Under the pieces are notes generated by a model. It saw nothing but the letters and a program-made list of their open reading frames with translations, was not told where the DNA came from and made no database searches. The translations under genes and the position numbers were made by a program. This document shows positions 48,447 through 58,290 of a stretch of DNA of 64,000 nt, one piece after another; within the stretch, counting starts at the first letter, position 1, and each line of letters opens with the position of its first letter. The stretch lies in assembly GCA_027021445.1 (NCBI GenBank), contig JALUUH010000177.1, positions 9,667 to 73,666 on the forward strand, written 5' to 3'. Source of the DNA: Gammaproteobacteria bacterium. GTDB lineage: Bacteria; Pseudomonadota; Gammaproteobacteria; S012-40.

Positions 48447-50525
48447 TTAGGTCTGCAGCAAGGAAATATCCGCAATCATCAAAAATTGATCGCTGACTGT
48501 TTTCAGCAAGGCTAAGCGATTTTTTCGGGTTTCGATTTGCTCGGACATAACCATAACGTGCTCGAAAAATTGATTAATATGTTGCTCCAGTGTAGAAAGC
48601 AAACGTAGAACTTCAGTATATTGTTTTTCATTGATCAGTTTTATTGTAGAAGATTGAATTTCTCCCAGTTTTTCAAAAAGAGTAATTTCTTGCGGTTCAA
48701 CTAACAGTGAAGGTTTGATCTTTAGAGGAATATCTTCGCCTGTCTTTTTTAGTATATTGCTAATTCTTTTATTGGCGGCAGCTAAATTAGTCGCTTCCGC
48801 TTGTGTCTTGAACGATTCTACCGCGAGAATCCGAAGATGAAAATCATAGGGTTCGAATGATCCGGTCTCTCTTACCGCGTGAAAGGAATCCAAACTAATA
48901 TCTTGCTCGGAATAATAGGCCTTGAGTCGATCGAAAATAAAATCCAGTAATTGAGTAGCTAAGTGATCTGTAACTGAAAATTTTCCTTGGTAAGTTGAAA
49001 TGGAATATTTGATTAGTTCATCCAGGTTTAAGTCGATTCGATTTTCAATAATGATCCTGAGAATACTTAATGCAGCTCGCCTGAGACCAAAGGGGTCTTT
49101 GTCACCGGTGGGTAATTGTTGAATTCCAAAAATACCGACTAATGTATCCATTTTATCGGCGATAGATAAAATTTGCCCACTAGTGGTAGTTGGCAATAGA
49201 TCACCTGAAAAACGCGGCAGATATTGCTCTCTGAGAGCGATCGAAACTTCAGATTCTTCGCCATCATGGCGCGCATAATATTCCCCCATGATTCCTTGTA
49301 ACTCAGGAAACTCACCGACCATTGCGGTGATTAAGTCACTCTTACTGAGATAAGCGGCGCGTTTAGCCATGTTTGAATTGACGTGAAGAAATGGTGAAAG
49401 CCATATTGCGATCTGTTCATTTCGTTTAACTTTTTCATACACAGTGCCTAATTTTTTTTGAAAAACGATGTTCTTGAGTCGTGTATTTTTTTCTGCTAAA
49501 GATGTTTTTTTGTCTTGCTTCCAGAAAAATTCTGAGTCCGCAAGGCGAGGCCGAATAACGCGTTCGTTGCCTTGTCGAACGGTTTTTTGATTGCTGCTTT
49601 CAAGGTTAGAAATGGTAATAAAATGCGGCAGCAGATTTCCTTTTTTATCGAGTATATGAAAATACTTTTGGTGCCCTTTCATTGCTGAAATGATTGCCTC
49701 GGCAGGCACATCCAAGAAATTTTTATCAAAACTTCCGACAATCGCAGTGGGCCATTCTACCAACGAGGTCACTTCATCTAGCAAGTCTTCGTCAATCTGC
49801 GCTATACCGTTAAGGCTCGCAGCCGCCTCTTCAATTTGGGCTTTGACCGTTTTTTTCCGCACTTCATAATCTGCAAGCACTTTAGCCTTTGATAGTAGAA
49901 GTGGCGCATAATCTATTGGCTGCGAAATATTAATCGGGTCAGGATGATGGAAGCGATGACCTAAGCTGGAGCGCCCCGTTTTTAGATCAAGAATATGGCA
50001 ATCAATCACATTATCACCGAGTAACATGAGAACCCAATGCACTGGGCGTACAAAACGGGTTGCTTTGTCGCCCCATCTCATTCTTTTGGGAATGGGGAGT
50101 TTATTTAATGAGTGCTCAATAATATCGGGTAAAAGTTTTTCAGCGGCTTTCCCTGGTATCTGGTGATGGAATACTAGTGATCCACCTTTTTTATTGTCCT
50201 CGGTTGCAAGATCATTGACCGCAATACCACACGAGCGTGCAAAACCTTCAGCAGCGGGTGTTGGGCAGCCATCTTCATCGAATGCGGCTTTAAGTGAAGG
50301 CCCCTTACGCATTGCATTTTTATCTTCTTGCTTTGTTTGTAAGTTTTGAATGATAACGGCCAACCTTCTGGGAGTGGCAAACTGCTGGGTACTGGTATAG
50401 CTCAGTTCCGCATTATCCAAGCCTTGAGTGATACCGCTATCTAAGGCAGTGATGAGTTTTTTTAAGGCTTTAGGAGGAAGCTCCTCAGTACCAATCTCTA
50501 GTAGAAAATCTTTTGTTAAGCTCAT
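48447..50525 (-). CDS. glyS: Glycyl-tRNA synthetase beta subunit
   Basis: [37 protein letters not shown]. Confidence 0.98.
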   Translation of the reverse strand: MSLTKDFLLEIGTEELPPKALKKLITALDSGITQGLDNAELSYTSTQQFATPRRLAVIIQNLQTKQEDKNAMRKGPSLKAAFDEDGCPTPAAEGFARSCGIAVNDLATEDNKKGGSLVFHHQIPGKAAEKLLPDIIEHSLNKLPIPKRMRWGDKATRFVRPVHWVLMLLGDNVIDCHILDLKTGRSSLGHRFHHPDPINISQPIDYAPLLLSKAKVLADYEVRKKTVKAQIEEAAASLNGIAQIDEDLLDEVTSLVEWPTAIVGSFDKNFLDVPAEAIISAMKGHQKYFHILDKKGNLLPHFITISNLESSNQKTVRQGNERVIRPRLADSEFFWKQDKKTSLAEKNTRLKNIVFQKKLGTVYEKVKRNEQIAIWLSPFLHVNSNMAKRAAYLSKSDLITAMVGEFPELQGIMGEYYARHDGEESEVSIALREQYLPRFSGDLLPTTTSGQILSIADKMDTLVGIFGIQQLPTGDKDPFGLRRAALSILRIIIENRIDLNLDELIKYSISTYQGKFSVTDHLATQLLDFIFDRLKAYYSEQDISLDSFHAVRETGSFEPYDFHLRILAVESFKTQAEATNLAAANKRISNILKKTGEDIPLKIKPSLLVEPQEITLFEKLGEIQSSTIKLINEKQYTEVLRLLSTLEQHINQFFEHVMVMSEQIETRKNRLALLKTVSDQFLMIADISLLQT

Positions 50526-51430
50526 CGTATACTCTCCTTTAACACGGGAAAGCCGAGTTTTTCACGGTTATCATAATAGGTTTGTGCGACGGCACGCGAT
50601 AAGCTTCTAATCCGCCCAATATAGCGAGCTCTTTCGGTCACTGAAATAACTTGCCGAGCATCTAAAAGATTAAATGTATGAGAAGCCTTTAAAATAAACT
50701 CATACGCTGGCAGTGCTAGCCCACATTCAACGAGTCTTTTGCTTTCTTGTTCACAATGCTCAAACCAATCAAAGAGAATTTTAGTATCTGCTTGTTCAAA
50801 ATTATAAGTAGACATCTCAACTTCGTTTTGATGAAAAACATCACCGTAAGTAACCTTCCCTTGGGCGCCATTTGCCCACACCAAATCATAGATACTTTCA
50901 ACACCTTGTAAGTACATTGCCAGTCGTTCTAAGCCATACGTGATTTCGCCGGTAACCGGTTTACAATCAAGACTGCCGACTTGTTGAAAATAAGTAAACT
51001 GAGTGACTTCCATGCCATTTAACCAGACCTCCCAGCCCAAGCCCCAGGCTCCCAAAGTCGGAGATTCCCAATCGTCCTCTACAAATCGAACATCATGCTC
51101 GAGAAGGTCGAATCCTAGAGACTTAAGAGACTCAAGATATAACACTTGAATATTGTCAGGCGAGGGCTTGAGCATGACTTGAAACTGATAATAGTGTTGT
51201 AACCTGTTTGGGTTTTCACCATATCGTCCGTCGGTTGGCCTTCTGCAAGGCTGAACATATGCCGTTCTCCAAGGTTCTGGCCCGATAGAACGTAAAAAGG
51301 TAGAGGGATGAAATGTACCGGCACCTATTTCCATATCAAAAGCTTGAGTAATGACACAGCCTTGTTGCGCCCAAAAATCCTGTAACGTAAAGATTAGGCC
51401 TTGAAAAGTAGAAAGATCATTAGCTTGCAT
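50522..51430 (-). CDS. glyQ: Glycyl-tRNA synthetase alpha subunit
   Basis: [34 protein letters not shown]. Confidence 0.99.
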   Translation of the reverse strand: MQANDLSTFQGLIFTLQDFWAQQGCVITQAFDMEIGAGTFHPSTFLRSIGPEPWRTAYVQPCRRPTDGRYGENPNRLQHYYQFQVMLKPSPDNIQVLYLESLKSLGFDLLEHDVRFVEDDWESPTLGAWGLGWEVWLNGMEVTQFTYFQQVGSLDCKPVTGEITYGLERLAMYLQGVESIYDLVWANGAQGKVTYGDVFHQNEVEMSTYNFEQADTKILFDWFEHCEQESKRLVECGLALPAYEFILKASHTFNLLDARQVISVTERARYIGRIRSLSRAVAQTYYDNREKLGFPVLKESIR

Positions 51431-51674
51431 GTAATTACCACTGTTTGTTGTGAATCGGCTGAATCGGCCGATTCATATACCCTCAATTAAGATGCTGTGG
51501 ATTATATCGTGGAACAAAAAATAAATATATAAATCCGGGGCTTAAGGATGTTATTAGGAAAACCAGATTGAAGGTCAATATTAGCGTTCAGCACTTGGCA
51601 TTTTATGGGCCTAAATATAAAGCTTTCTAGGCATTTGGCCGATCTGCTAAGTATATAGCATTAAAAGGATTTTT

Positions 51675-52244
51675 ATGACTTCAATTGTACTGGGTTCCTC
51701 CACGTCTCAATGGCAGCGAATTATTCATGAAGCAGGTGAAAGTTGCCAACTTCAATTGGATGAAGAAATGGAGAGCTATCTCGTGTTTCTAATGATGCGT
51801 TTTCAGGACTGTCCTGAAGTTGCAGAGTCGGTAATCGCTTTAGAATATCTGAATAGTCAATTAACGTCCGGGCGGCTTAAACAAGATCAGCTTAGGGAGG
51901 TGGGAGATCGCTGCTTACTGTTTTCTGGTTTTTTTCCCAAACGTGCAGACAAATGCCGTGTGAAAATCAGTTACTTTGTGGAGATCGGACGCAGTGCCTA
52001 TCATCAACTTGCGGGCCATTCTGCGGCCAAGATTCAACAATTGTATCTACATCTGGCCGAAGGTTTTGTTCCTTTGATGGATGTTTTACAGACTGTTAGA
52101 CAAATGGGACAAGATTTACCGGTCTTAGGACCTTTAGAGGCTACTGAGTTATGGCAAGACACCGGAAGTAAAAGTGCATTAAGTTCTCTCAGGAATCACA
52201 CCAATGTCCTACCCGTTAGGTTTTCTACTCAGATCAAGCATTAA
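51675..52244 (+). CDS. Conserved-looking hypothetical protein
   Basis: 189-aa helical ORF with LREVGDRCLLFSGFFP...SYFVEIGRSAY motif; no function recognised. Confidence 0.75.
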   Translation: MTSIVLGSSTSQWQRIIHEAGESCQLQLDEEMESYLVFLMMRFQDCPEVAESVIALEYLNSQLTSGRLKQDQLREVGDRCLLFSGFFPKRADKCRVKISYFVEIGRSAYHQLAGHSAAKIQQLYLHLAEGFVPLMDVLQTVRQMGQDLPVLGPLEATELWQDTGSKSALSSLRNHTNVLPVRFSTQIKH

Positions 52245-52307
52245 CCTCGATTCCGTTTCCTGCTAGAATACGCGCCTTATTTTTATCCAGGTTGCGTTTT
52301 GTAGATC

Positions 52308-53375
52308 ATGAGTCATTCAGTGAATAAACCCGAAAAAAAGCAAAGAAAGGCCGTAGCGCTCATTTCTGGTGGATTAGATTCACTGTTAGCAGCGAAAGTG
52401 ATTATCGATCAAGGCATTCATGTCGAAGGGATTAATTTCTATACAGGTTTTTGTGTTGAAGGCCATACACATGCGATACGCAAAAAGGACAAAGCAAAAC
52501 CTAAACGGAATAATGCGCTTTGGTCGGCTGAACAATTGGGTATTCAATTGCATATCGTTGATGTTATAGAGCCCTATAAAGAGGTTTTGATTAATCCATC
52601 ACATGGTTACGGCGCAAATATGAATCCTTGCCTTGACTGTAAAAGTTTTATGGTTGGCCAGGCTGTTGAATGGATTAAGGAAAATGATTTTGACTTTATA
52701 ATAACAGGTGAGGTGATTGGTCAGCGCCCGATGTCACAACGGCGCGATACCATGCCCGTCATCGCTGCGGAATCAGGTGCCTCAGACTTATTATTACGTC
52801 CGCTATGTGCGCAGTTGCTACCCCCTACCCTGCCGGAAAAAGAAGGCTGGGTGGATAGGGAAAAGCTACTGGATTTCAATGGACGCACTCGAAAGCCACA
52901 AATAGAACTCGCAAACAAACTGGGTTTTCAAGATTTTGCGCAACCCGCTGGGGGCTGTTGTTTTCTAACGGATAAAAACTATTCGGATCGTCTCGTTGAC
53001 TTATGGCAAGCAAGAGATACTAAAGCATATGAACTAGATGATGTTATGTTGCTGAAAGTGGGTAGACATATCAGACCCAAACCGAATTTTAAACTTATTA
53101 TTGGCCGTGAAGAAGGCGAAAATAAATTTATGGAGGGTTATCGTAAACAGTTTATACACTTATATACCATCAGCGCAAAGGGCCCTTTAGTATTAATAGA
53201 AGGTAATACAGATGAAAAAGATCTTCAGCTTGCTGCTGAAATTACCGCTCGCTATAGCCAGGGCAGGCAAGAAAAAACGGTTACGGTTGCAGTAAAAGAT
53301 CAAAATGGTGTGAGCAAACTGCTTAATGTAAAACCATTTTCTAACGAAGAAAAACTCAGGGATTGGTATATATGA
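52308..53375 (+). CDS. PP-loop tRNA sulfurtransferase-like protein (MnmA/ThiI-related, C-terminal DUF814-like domain)
   Basis: SGGLDS PP-loop, NPCLDCK, TGEV.GQRPMSQ, PAGGCC, C-terminal LIIGREEGEN. Confidence 0.75.
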   Translation: MSHSVNKPEKKQRKAVALISGGLDSLLAAKVIIDQGIHVEGINFYTGFCVEGHTHAIRKKDKAKPKRNNALWSAEQLGIQLHIVDVIEPYKEVLINPSHGYGANMNPCLDCKSFMVGQAVEWIKENDFDFIITGEVIGQRPMSQRRDTMPVIAAESGASDLLLRPLCAQLLPPTLPEKEGWVDREKLLDFNGRTRKPQIELANKLGFQDFAQPAGGCCFLTDKNYSDRLVDLWQARDTKAYELDDVMLLKVGRHIRPKPNFKLIIGREEGENKFMEGYRKQFIHLYTISAKGPLVLIEGNTDEKDLQLAAEITARYSQGRQEKTVTVAVKDQNGVSKLLNVKPFSNEEKLRDWYI

Positions 53376-53605
53376 GCCATCATATTCTTGATGCAAAGCG
53401 TCTACTTTGTCCAATGCCTGTCATTCGTACACAAAATAAAGTAAAACAATTATCGCCCGGCGATATCCTTGATGTTATTTGCACTGATCCGGGCGTGACG
53501 AGTGATATACCGGCATGGTGTCGAATAACGGGGCATCGTTTCATTGACGTCAAATCTGATGCGGATGAAATCGTTATACGGATCGAGATCAGAAGCCGTG
53601 ATTAA
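53372..53605 (+). CDS. tusA: TusA-family sulfur carrier
   Basis: LDAKRLLCPMPV, TDPG...DIPAW; ATGA overlap with the upstream stop. Confidence 0.88.
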   Translation: MSHHILDAKRLLCPMPVIRTQNKVKQLSPGDILDVICTDPGVTSDIPAWCRITGHRFIDVKSDADEIVIRIEIRSRD

Positions 53606-54782
53606 GCATTCGGGTCATCCGCATTCTTCTTCTAATAGCGAAGAAGACAATCCAGCACGCTATATAGAAATTCGTAAAGTTAGCTTTGTTTCGATCCTGG
53701 TAAACAGTGTGTTATCCCTGGTAAAAATTGTATTGGGATTCATTGGACAATCACAGGCTTTGATTGCCGATGGGATACATTCTCTGGCTGATTTATTCAG
53801 TGATTTTGTCGTTTTATTTGCTGCGAAGCAAAGCACTAAAGAAGCGGACGAAGAACATCCCTACGGTCATGGACGCATTGAAACAGTTGTCTCGGTGGCA
53901 TTAGGTGTCCTATTAGTGGTGGTGGCATTTGGCATTTTGACCGATGCGGTTGATCGAATATTACACCCTGACGAACTGTTGCAGCCGACAGGTATTGCCC
54001 TATTTGCCGCTTTATTTTCAATTTTTGCAAATGAGGGATTGTTTCAATACACCATCGTTGTAGCCAACAGAATAAATTCAAACATGCTGAAAGCGAATGC
54101 GTGGCATCATCGCACCGACGCTATTTCATCCATTATCGCGAGTGTTGGCATAGCCGGAACAATGGCTGGAATGCCGCTGTTAGATGCCGTAGCGGCTATA
54201 GGCGTGAGTTTAATGATCGCCAAGGTTGGATGGGATATCTCCTGGGTTTCATTGCAGGAATTGATGGATAAAGCGCTGGATGCGGAAAAGAGCGAGCACA
54301 TAAAAAAACACATCGTTGCTATTCATGGGGTGAAAGCGGTTCATGCATTGAGATCGCGCAGTCATGGCGGGCAAGCATTCGTTGATGTACACATATTGTT
54401 GGATGAACCTAAGTTAAGTGTTTCCGAAGGTCATCGTATTAGTGAAGTTGTGCAAGCGACTTTATTGACTGAAATTGATGAAGTGACAGATGTTACTGTC
54501 CATATCGATGCAGAAGACGATGAAAAAGCGGCTCCGTGCAATGAGTTGCCACTCAGGGATGAATTATTAAAGCGTCTCGAAACGCTTTGGGGTGACAAAC
54601 CATTGCATAAAAAAATAAGACGCGTAACCTTGCACTACCTTAATGGGCAGATATTTGTTGAATTAACATTGCCATTGGAGCTGATAGGGTCAACCCAAGA
54701 GGGTAAGCGGATAACTTTGGAGTTTTCACGGCTTGCTGAGCGCGATCCCGATATAGCAGAAATTTCCGTTCAATACGAATAG
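53598..54782 (+). CDS. Cation diffusion facilitator (FieF-like) with C-terminal extension
   Basis: ALIADGIHSLAD, HPYGHGRIE, NAWHHRTD, VHIDAED. GTG start at 53598 inferred. Confidence 0.9.
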   Translation: MIKHSGHPHSSSNSEEDNPARYIEIRKVSFVSILVNSVLSLVKIVLGFIGQSQALIADGIHSLADLFSDFVVLFAAKQSTKEADEEHPYGHGRIETVVSVALGVLLVVVAFGILTDAVDRILHPDELLQPTGIALFAALFSIFANEGLFQYTIVVANRINSNMLKANAWHHRTDAISSIIASVGIAGTMAGMPLLDAVAAIGVSLMIAKVGWDISWVSLQELMDKALDAEKSEHIKKHIVAIHGVKAVHALRSRSHGGQAFVDVHILLDEPKLSVSEGHRISEVVQATLLTEIDEVTDVTVHIDAEDDEKAAPCNELPLRDELLKRLETLWGDKPLHKKIRRVTLHYLNGQIFVELTLPLELIGSTQEGKRITLEFSRLAERDPDIAEISVQYE

Positions 54783-54828
54783 CACTTTGATGGTGCGACC
54801 GCCGAAATGAACGCGCTATGACGGTGCT
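54781..54828. promoter_or_regulatory. Tandem NtrC enhancer sites upstream of glnA
   Basis: AGCACTTTGATGGTGCG (54781-54797) and CGCGCTATGACGGTGCT (54812-54828) versus consensus TGCAC-N7-GTGCA; 31-bp spacing. Confidence 0.7.
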
Positions 54829-54901
54829 TTGGTCTTGCTTGTTTTCCAAACTTAATGTGCGCGATGATTATAAATATCTGTTAATTATGGCATTATTTTC
54901 A

Positions 54902-54916
54902 TGGCATATTATGTGC
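54902..54916 (+). promoter_or_regulatory. Sigma54 -24/-12 promoter of glnA
   Basis: TGGCATATTATGTGC: GG-N10-GC, about 100 bp downstream of the NtrC sites. Confidence 0.65.
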
Positions 54917-55007
54917 CCTAATCGTAGTTCTTCATTATTTTTCTATCGCATATGATTTAAGTGATAAACCTAAACTAACTAAAACACTTTCTAATTGGAG
55001 GAGTGGT

Positions 55008-56414
55008 ATGTCTTCAAAAGTAACAGACATCATAAAAGAGAATGATGTGAAATTCGTAGATTTTCGTTTTACCGATACAAGTGGAAAGGAGCAACATGTC
55101 ACTGTTCCTGCAAAATGTGTTAATGAGGACAGCCTTAAAGAGGGTCAAATGTTTGATGGTTCCTCAATCGCTGGATGGAAAGGAATTAACGAATCAGACA
55201 TGATTTTAATGCCAGATCAAGGAACTGCAGTGATGGATCCTTTTTCTGAAGATGCCACGTTAATAATCACGTGTGACATTATTGAGCCAGATACTATGCA
55301 AGGCTACGAGCGTGATCCTCGTTCACTTGCAAAACGTGCAGAAGCCTATTTGAAGTCTTCGGGTGTTGGTGACGCGGCTTATTTTGGCCCAGAGCCAGAA
55401 TTTTTTGTCTTCGATGATGTTCGTTGGGGCGCAACTATGGCGGGGTCTTTTTACAAAGTAGATTCTGAAGAAGCCGAATGGTCAAGCGAAAAAGTATATG
55501 AAGACGGTAATATGGGTCATCGTCCGAGTGTCAAAGGTGGTTATTTTCCAGTACCGCCGGTTGACTCTCTTTATGACCTTCGCTGTGCAATGTCCGGCAC
55601 TATGGAAGAAATGGGTCTTGAAGTAGAAGTACATCATCATGAAGTCGCCACCGCAGGCCAATGTGAAATAGGGGTTAAATTTAATACGCTTGTGAACAAA
55701 GCCGACGAAACACAAAAATTAAAATACTGTGTTCACAATGTTGCCCATGCGTATGGAAAAACAGCAACCTTTATGCCTAAACCACTGGTCGGTGATAATG
55801 GTAGTGGCATGCATGTGCATCAATCTATTTTCAAAAATGGTAATAATATATTTGCCGGTGATGGTTACGGTGGATTGTCTGATGAAGCGTTGTTTTACAT
55901 CGGTGGAATTATTAAACATGCGCGTGCAATAAATGCATTTGCTAATGCATCAACTAATAGCTATAAACGCTTAGTGCCAGGATTTGAAGCGCCGGTAATG
56001 TTAGCTTATTCAGCACGTAACCGTTCTGCATCGATTCGTATTCCTTATGTACATAGTCCTAAAGGACGGCGTATTGAGTTACGTTTTGGTGATCCTACGG
56101 CTAATCCTTATCTTGCTTTCTCCGCAATGTTAATGGCGGGTATTGATGGTATCCAAAACAAAATTCATCCAGGTGAAGCCATGGATAAAGATCTCTATGA
56201 CTTACCACCGGAAGAAGAAGCTAAAATACCAACGGTTTGTAGTTCGTTCGATCAAGCATTAGAAGCTTTAGATAAGGATCGTGAATTTTTAACTAAAGGT
56301 GGTGTCTTTACCAATGACGTTATTGATGGCTATATTGCACTAAAAATGGAAGAAGTAACACGTTTACGCATGTCTACTCATCCCGTAGAGTTTGATATGT
56401 ATTACAGTGTTTAA
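55008..56414 (+). CDS. glnA: Glutamine synthetase type I
   Basis: [36 protein letters not shown], adenylylation loop DLYDLP. Confidence 0.99.
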   Translation: MSSKVTDIIKENDVKFVDFRFTDTSGKEQHVTVPAKCVNEDSLKEGQMFDGSSIAGWKGINESDMILMPDQGTAVMDPFSEDATLIITCDIIEPDTMQGYERDPRSLAKRAEAYLKSSGVGDAAYFGPEPEFFVFDDVRWGATMAGSFYKVDSEEAEWSSEKVYEDGNMGHRPSVKGGYFPVPPVDSLYDLRCAMSGTMEEMGLEVEVHHHEVATAGQCEIGVKFNTLVNKADETQKLKYCVHNVAHAYGKTATFMPKPLVGDNGSGMHVHQSIFKNGNNIFAGDGYGGLSDEALFYIGGIIKHARAINAFANASTNSYKRLVPGFEAPVMLAYSARNRSASIRIPYVHSPKGRRIELRFGDPTANPYLAFSAMLMAGIDGIQNKIHPGEAMDKDLYDLPPEEEAKIPTVCSSFDQALEALDKDREFLTKGGVFTNDVIDGYIALKMEEVTRLRMSTHPVEFDMYYSV

Positions 56415-56459
56415 GTTATAAAGGTTTCATATGGCTAGAATAATTAAAAAGATGTTCGT

Positions 56460-57014
56460 TTGATTATGGCCAAGTTGATTTCTTTCGCTTTATTAAAACG
56501 CCCCTATCTTGGGGCGTTTTTTTTTACTGCATTTTCAGCGACGAATGCCGCTGTCTATCAAGGTTTAGATGCAAATGGAAATCCCGTTTTTTCCGACCAA
56601 TCGAGTAGCGGTGTTGAAATTATTATCCCAAGTCCTAATTCTATGGAGGCAATTCCGGAAAGTGAGCTTACTCCTACCCCAAGCTTATTTCCTAAAGTGA
56701 ATGAGGCTAAAAATAGCTACGAACAATTTCGAATAATTTTTCCGGTCGAAAACCAGGTGATTAGAAATAACGAAGGCATACTAAAGATAGCATTATTTAT
56801 TTCACCTGAATTGAAAAAAAGCCATGTTATCCAAATCCAACTTGATGATGAAATATTATCGATGAACTGGAAGCAAACCACTTTTCATATATCGGATGTT
56901 CATCGTGGAACGCATTCAATCATAGCTCGAATAGTCGATTCGAGTTCAGGGAATATAATTAAGGCATTGCCTAAGCTGATTTTTCACTTCAAACATTCTT
57001 CAAAAAACTTCTAA
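56460..57014 (+). CDS. DUF4124-like periplasmic protein
   Basis: VYQG.DANGNPVFSD motif, Pro linker, Ig-like C-terminal domain (IRNNEG, HRGTHSI); typical gene between glnA and ntrB. Confidence 0.7.
   Translation: MIMAKLISFALLKRPYLGAFFFTAFSATNAAVYQGLDANGNPVFSDQSSSGVEIIIPSPNSMEAIPESELTPTPSLFPKVNEAKNSYEQFRIIFPVENQVIRNNEGILKIALFISPELKKSHVIQIQLDDEILSMNWKQTTFHISDVHRGTHSIIARIVDSSSGNIIKALPKLIFHFKHSSKNF
56495..56525 (+). terminator. glnA intrinsic terminator
   Basis: AAAACGCCCC-TATCTT-GGGGCGTTTT followed by additional Ts. Confidence 0.8.
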
Positions 57015-57048
57015 CTTAAATTTTATCTTTACGCTTGAATAAGAATGG

Positions 57049-57065
57049 CGCACTATAGTAGTGCG
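57049..57065. promoter_or_regulatory. NtrC site upstream of ntrB (autoregulatory)
   Basis: CGCACTATAGTAGTGCG, near-palindromic NtrC consensus. Confidence 0.75.
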
Positions 57066-57208
57066 TTTTTTTTGACAAATTTTTACGGTTTTTATCCGTT
57101 TCTCATATTTTATCATGCTGTTTTTTATAGAGTTAATTGCTAATCGGTATTCCGTAGCATAAGTGGATAGCTTATTGCTCAGCTTAATAATCCGAGCCGA
57201 GGTTTGTT

Positions 57209-58267
57209 GTGGTCACTAAAGAATTTTTTCAAACAGTTATTGATACTTTGGATACAGCGGTCATGATTGTTGATCATAAGTTGGTTGTTCAATTTTTGAA
57301 CCCGTCAGCTCAGACCTTATTAGGTGTTAGTGCCAAACAAATTGAAGGTTCAACGCTACATAATCTATTTATAAGTAGCAGTGAATTCATCTCAGCAACG
57401 GAAAGAGCGCTGCAAGAGGAGAACTCTTTTACTAAGCGTGAGATAGACATAGTGCTTGCGAATTATGCCTACCATATGAAAATCGACTGTACGTTCTCTG
57501 CATTGAGTATTCACGATTCTCAGCCGCAAATGCTGATAGAGTTAAGACAGGTTGATAAGTTTCTAAAAATAGCGCGCGATGAAAATCGGTCGGTGCAACA
57601 AAATGCACTCAAAGAATTAGTAAAGGGTTTAGCACATGAGGTGAAAAACCCGCTTGGTGGCTTGCGCGGCGCGGCGCAATTGCTAGAGAAAGAATTACCG
57701 AGTGAGGATCTCAAAGAGTATACCCAAGTGATTATTGATGAAGCAGATCGTTTGCACAAATTAGTGGACGAAATGTTAGGGCCGAATAAATTACTCAAAA
57801 AAAAGCCAGTCAATATTCATCGAATTATAGAGCATGTGTCGCAACTTATTATGGTGGATGCACCTGCTACGTTACAACTCGAAAAAGACTATGACCCCAG
57901 CATACCGGATATTGAAGGGGATCAAGACCGGTTGATTCAGGCAACTCTAAACATCATGCAGAACGCGCGATTGGCAGTAGAGGATCAAGGGACGATAACG
58001 ATTCGAACACGAACCAAGAGGCAGTATATTGTAGGGCATGAAATTTTTCGGTTAGTACTTAAAGTACAAATTAAAGACAATGGCCCAGGTATAGAAGAAA
58101 ATATGATTGATCAAATATTTTATCCGATGGTAACAACGAGAGCTGAAGGTACGGGACTAGGATTATCAATATCACAAACTATACTTAATCAACATGGTGG
58201 TTTGATAGAGTGTGAAAGTGAACCGGGAAGAACGATATTTTCAATTATATTACCGCTAAAAAAATAA
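57209..58267 (+). CDS. glnL: Nitrogen regulation sensor kinase NtrB
   Basis: PAS domain, LAHEVKNPLGGLRGAAQLL, DYDPSIP, DNGPG, GTGLGL. Confidence 0.96.
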   Translation: MVTKEFFQTVIDTLDTAVMIVDHKLVVQFLNPSAQTLLGVSAKQIEGSTLHNLFISSSEFISATERALQEENSFTKREIDIVLANYAYHMKIDCTFSALSIHDSQPQMLIELRQVDKFLKIARDENRSVQQNALKELVKGLAHEVKNPLGGLRGAAQLLEKELPSEDLKEYTQVIIDEADRLHKLVDEMLGPNKLLKKKPVNIHRIIEHVSQLIMVDAPATLQLEKDYDPSIPDIEGDQDRLIQATLNIMQNARLAVEDQGTITIRTRTKRQYIVGHEIFRLVLKVQIKDNGPGIEENMIDQIFYPMVTTRAEGTGLGLSISQTILNQHGGLIECESEPGRTIFSIILPLKK

Positions 58268-58290
58268 AGCTACAGGTCAAATAGAAAGTT

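Noticed and set aside
51508-51516. parS half-site CGTGGAACA upstream of glyQ
   Set aside because: Only one arm matches; not a palindrome.
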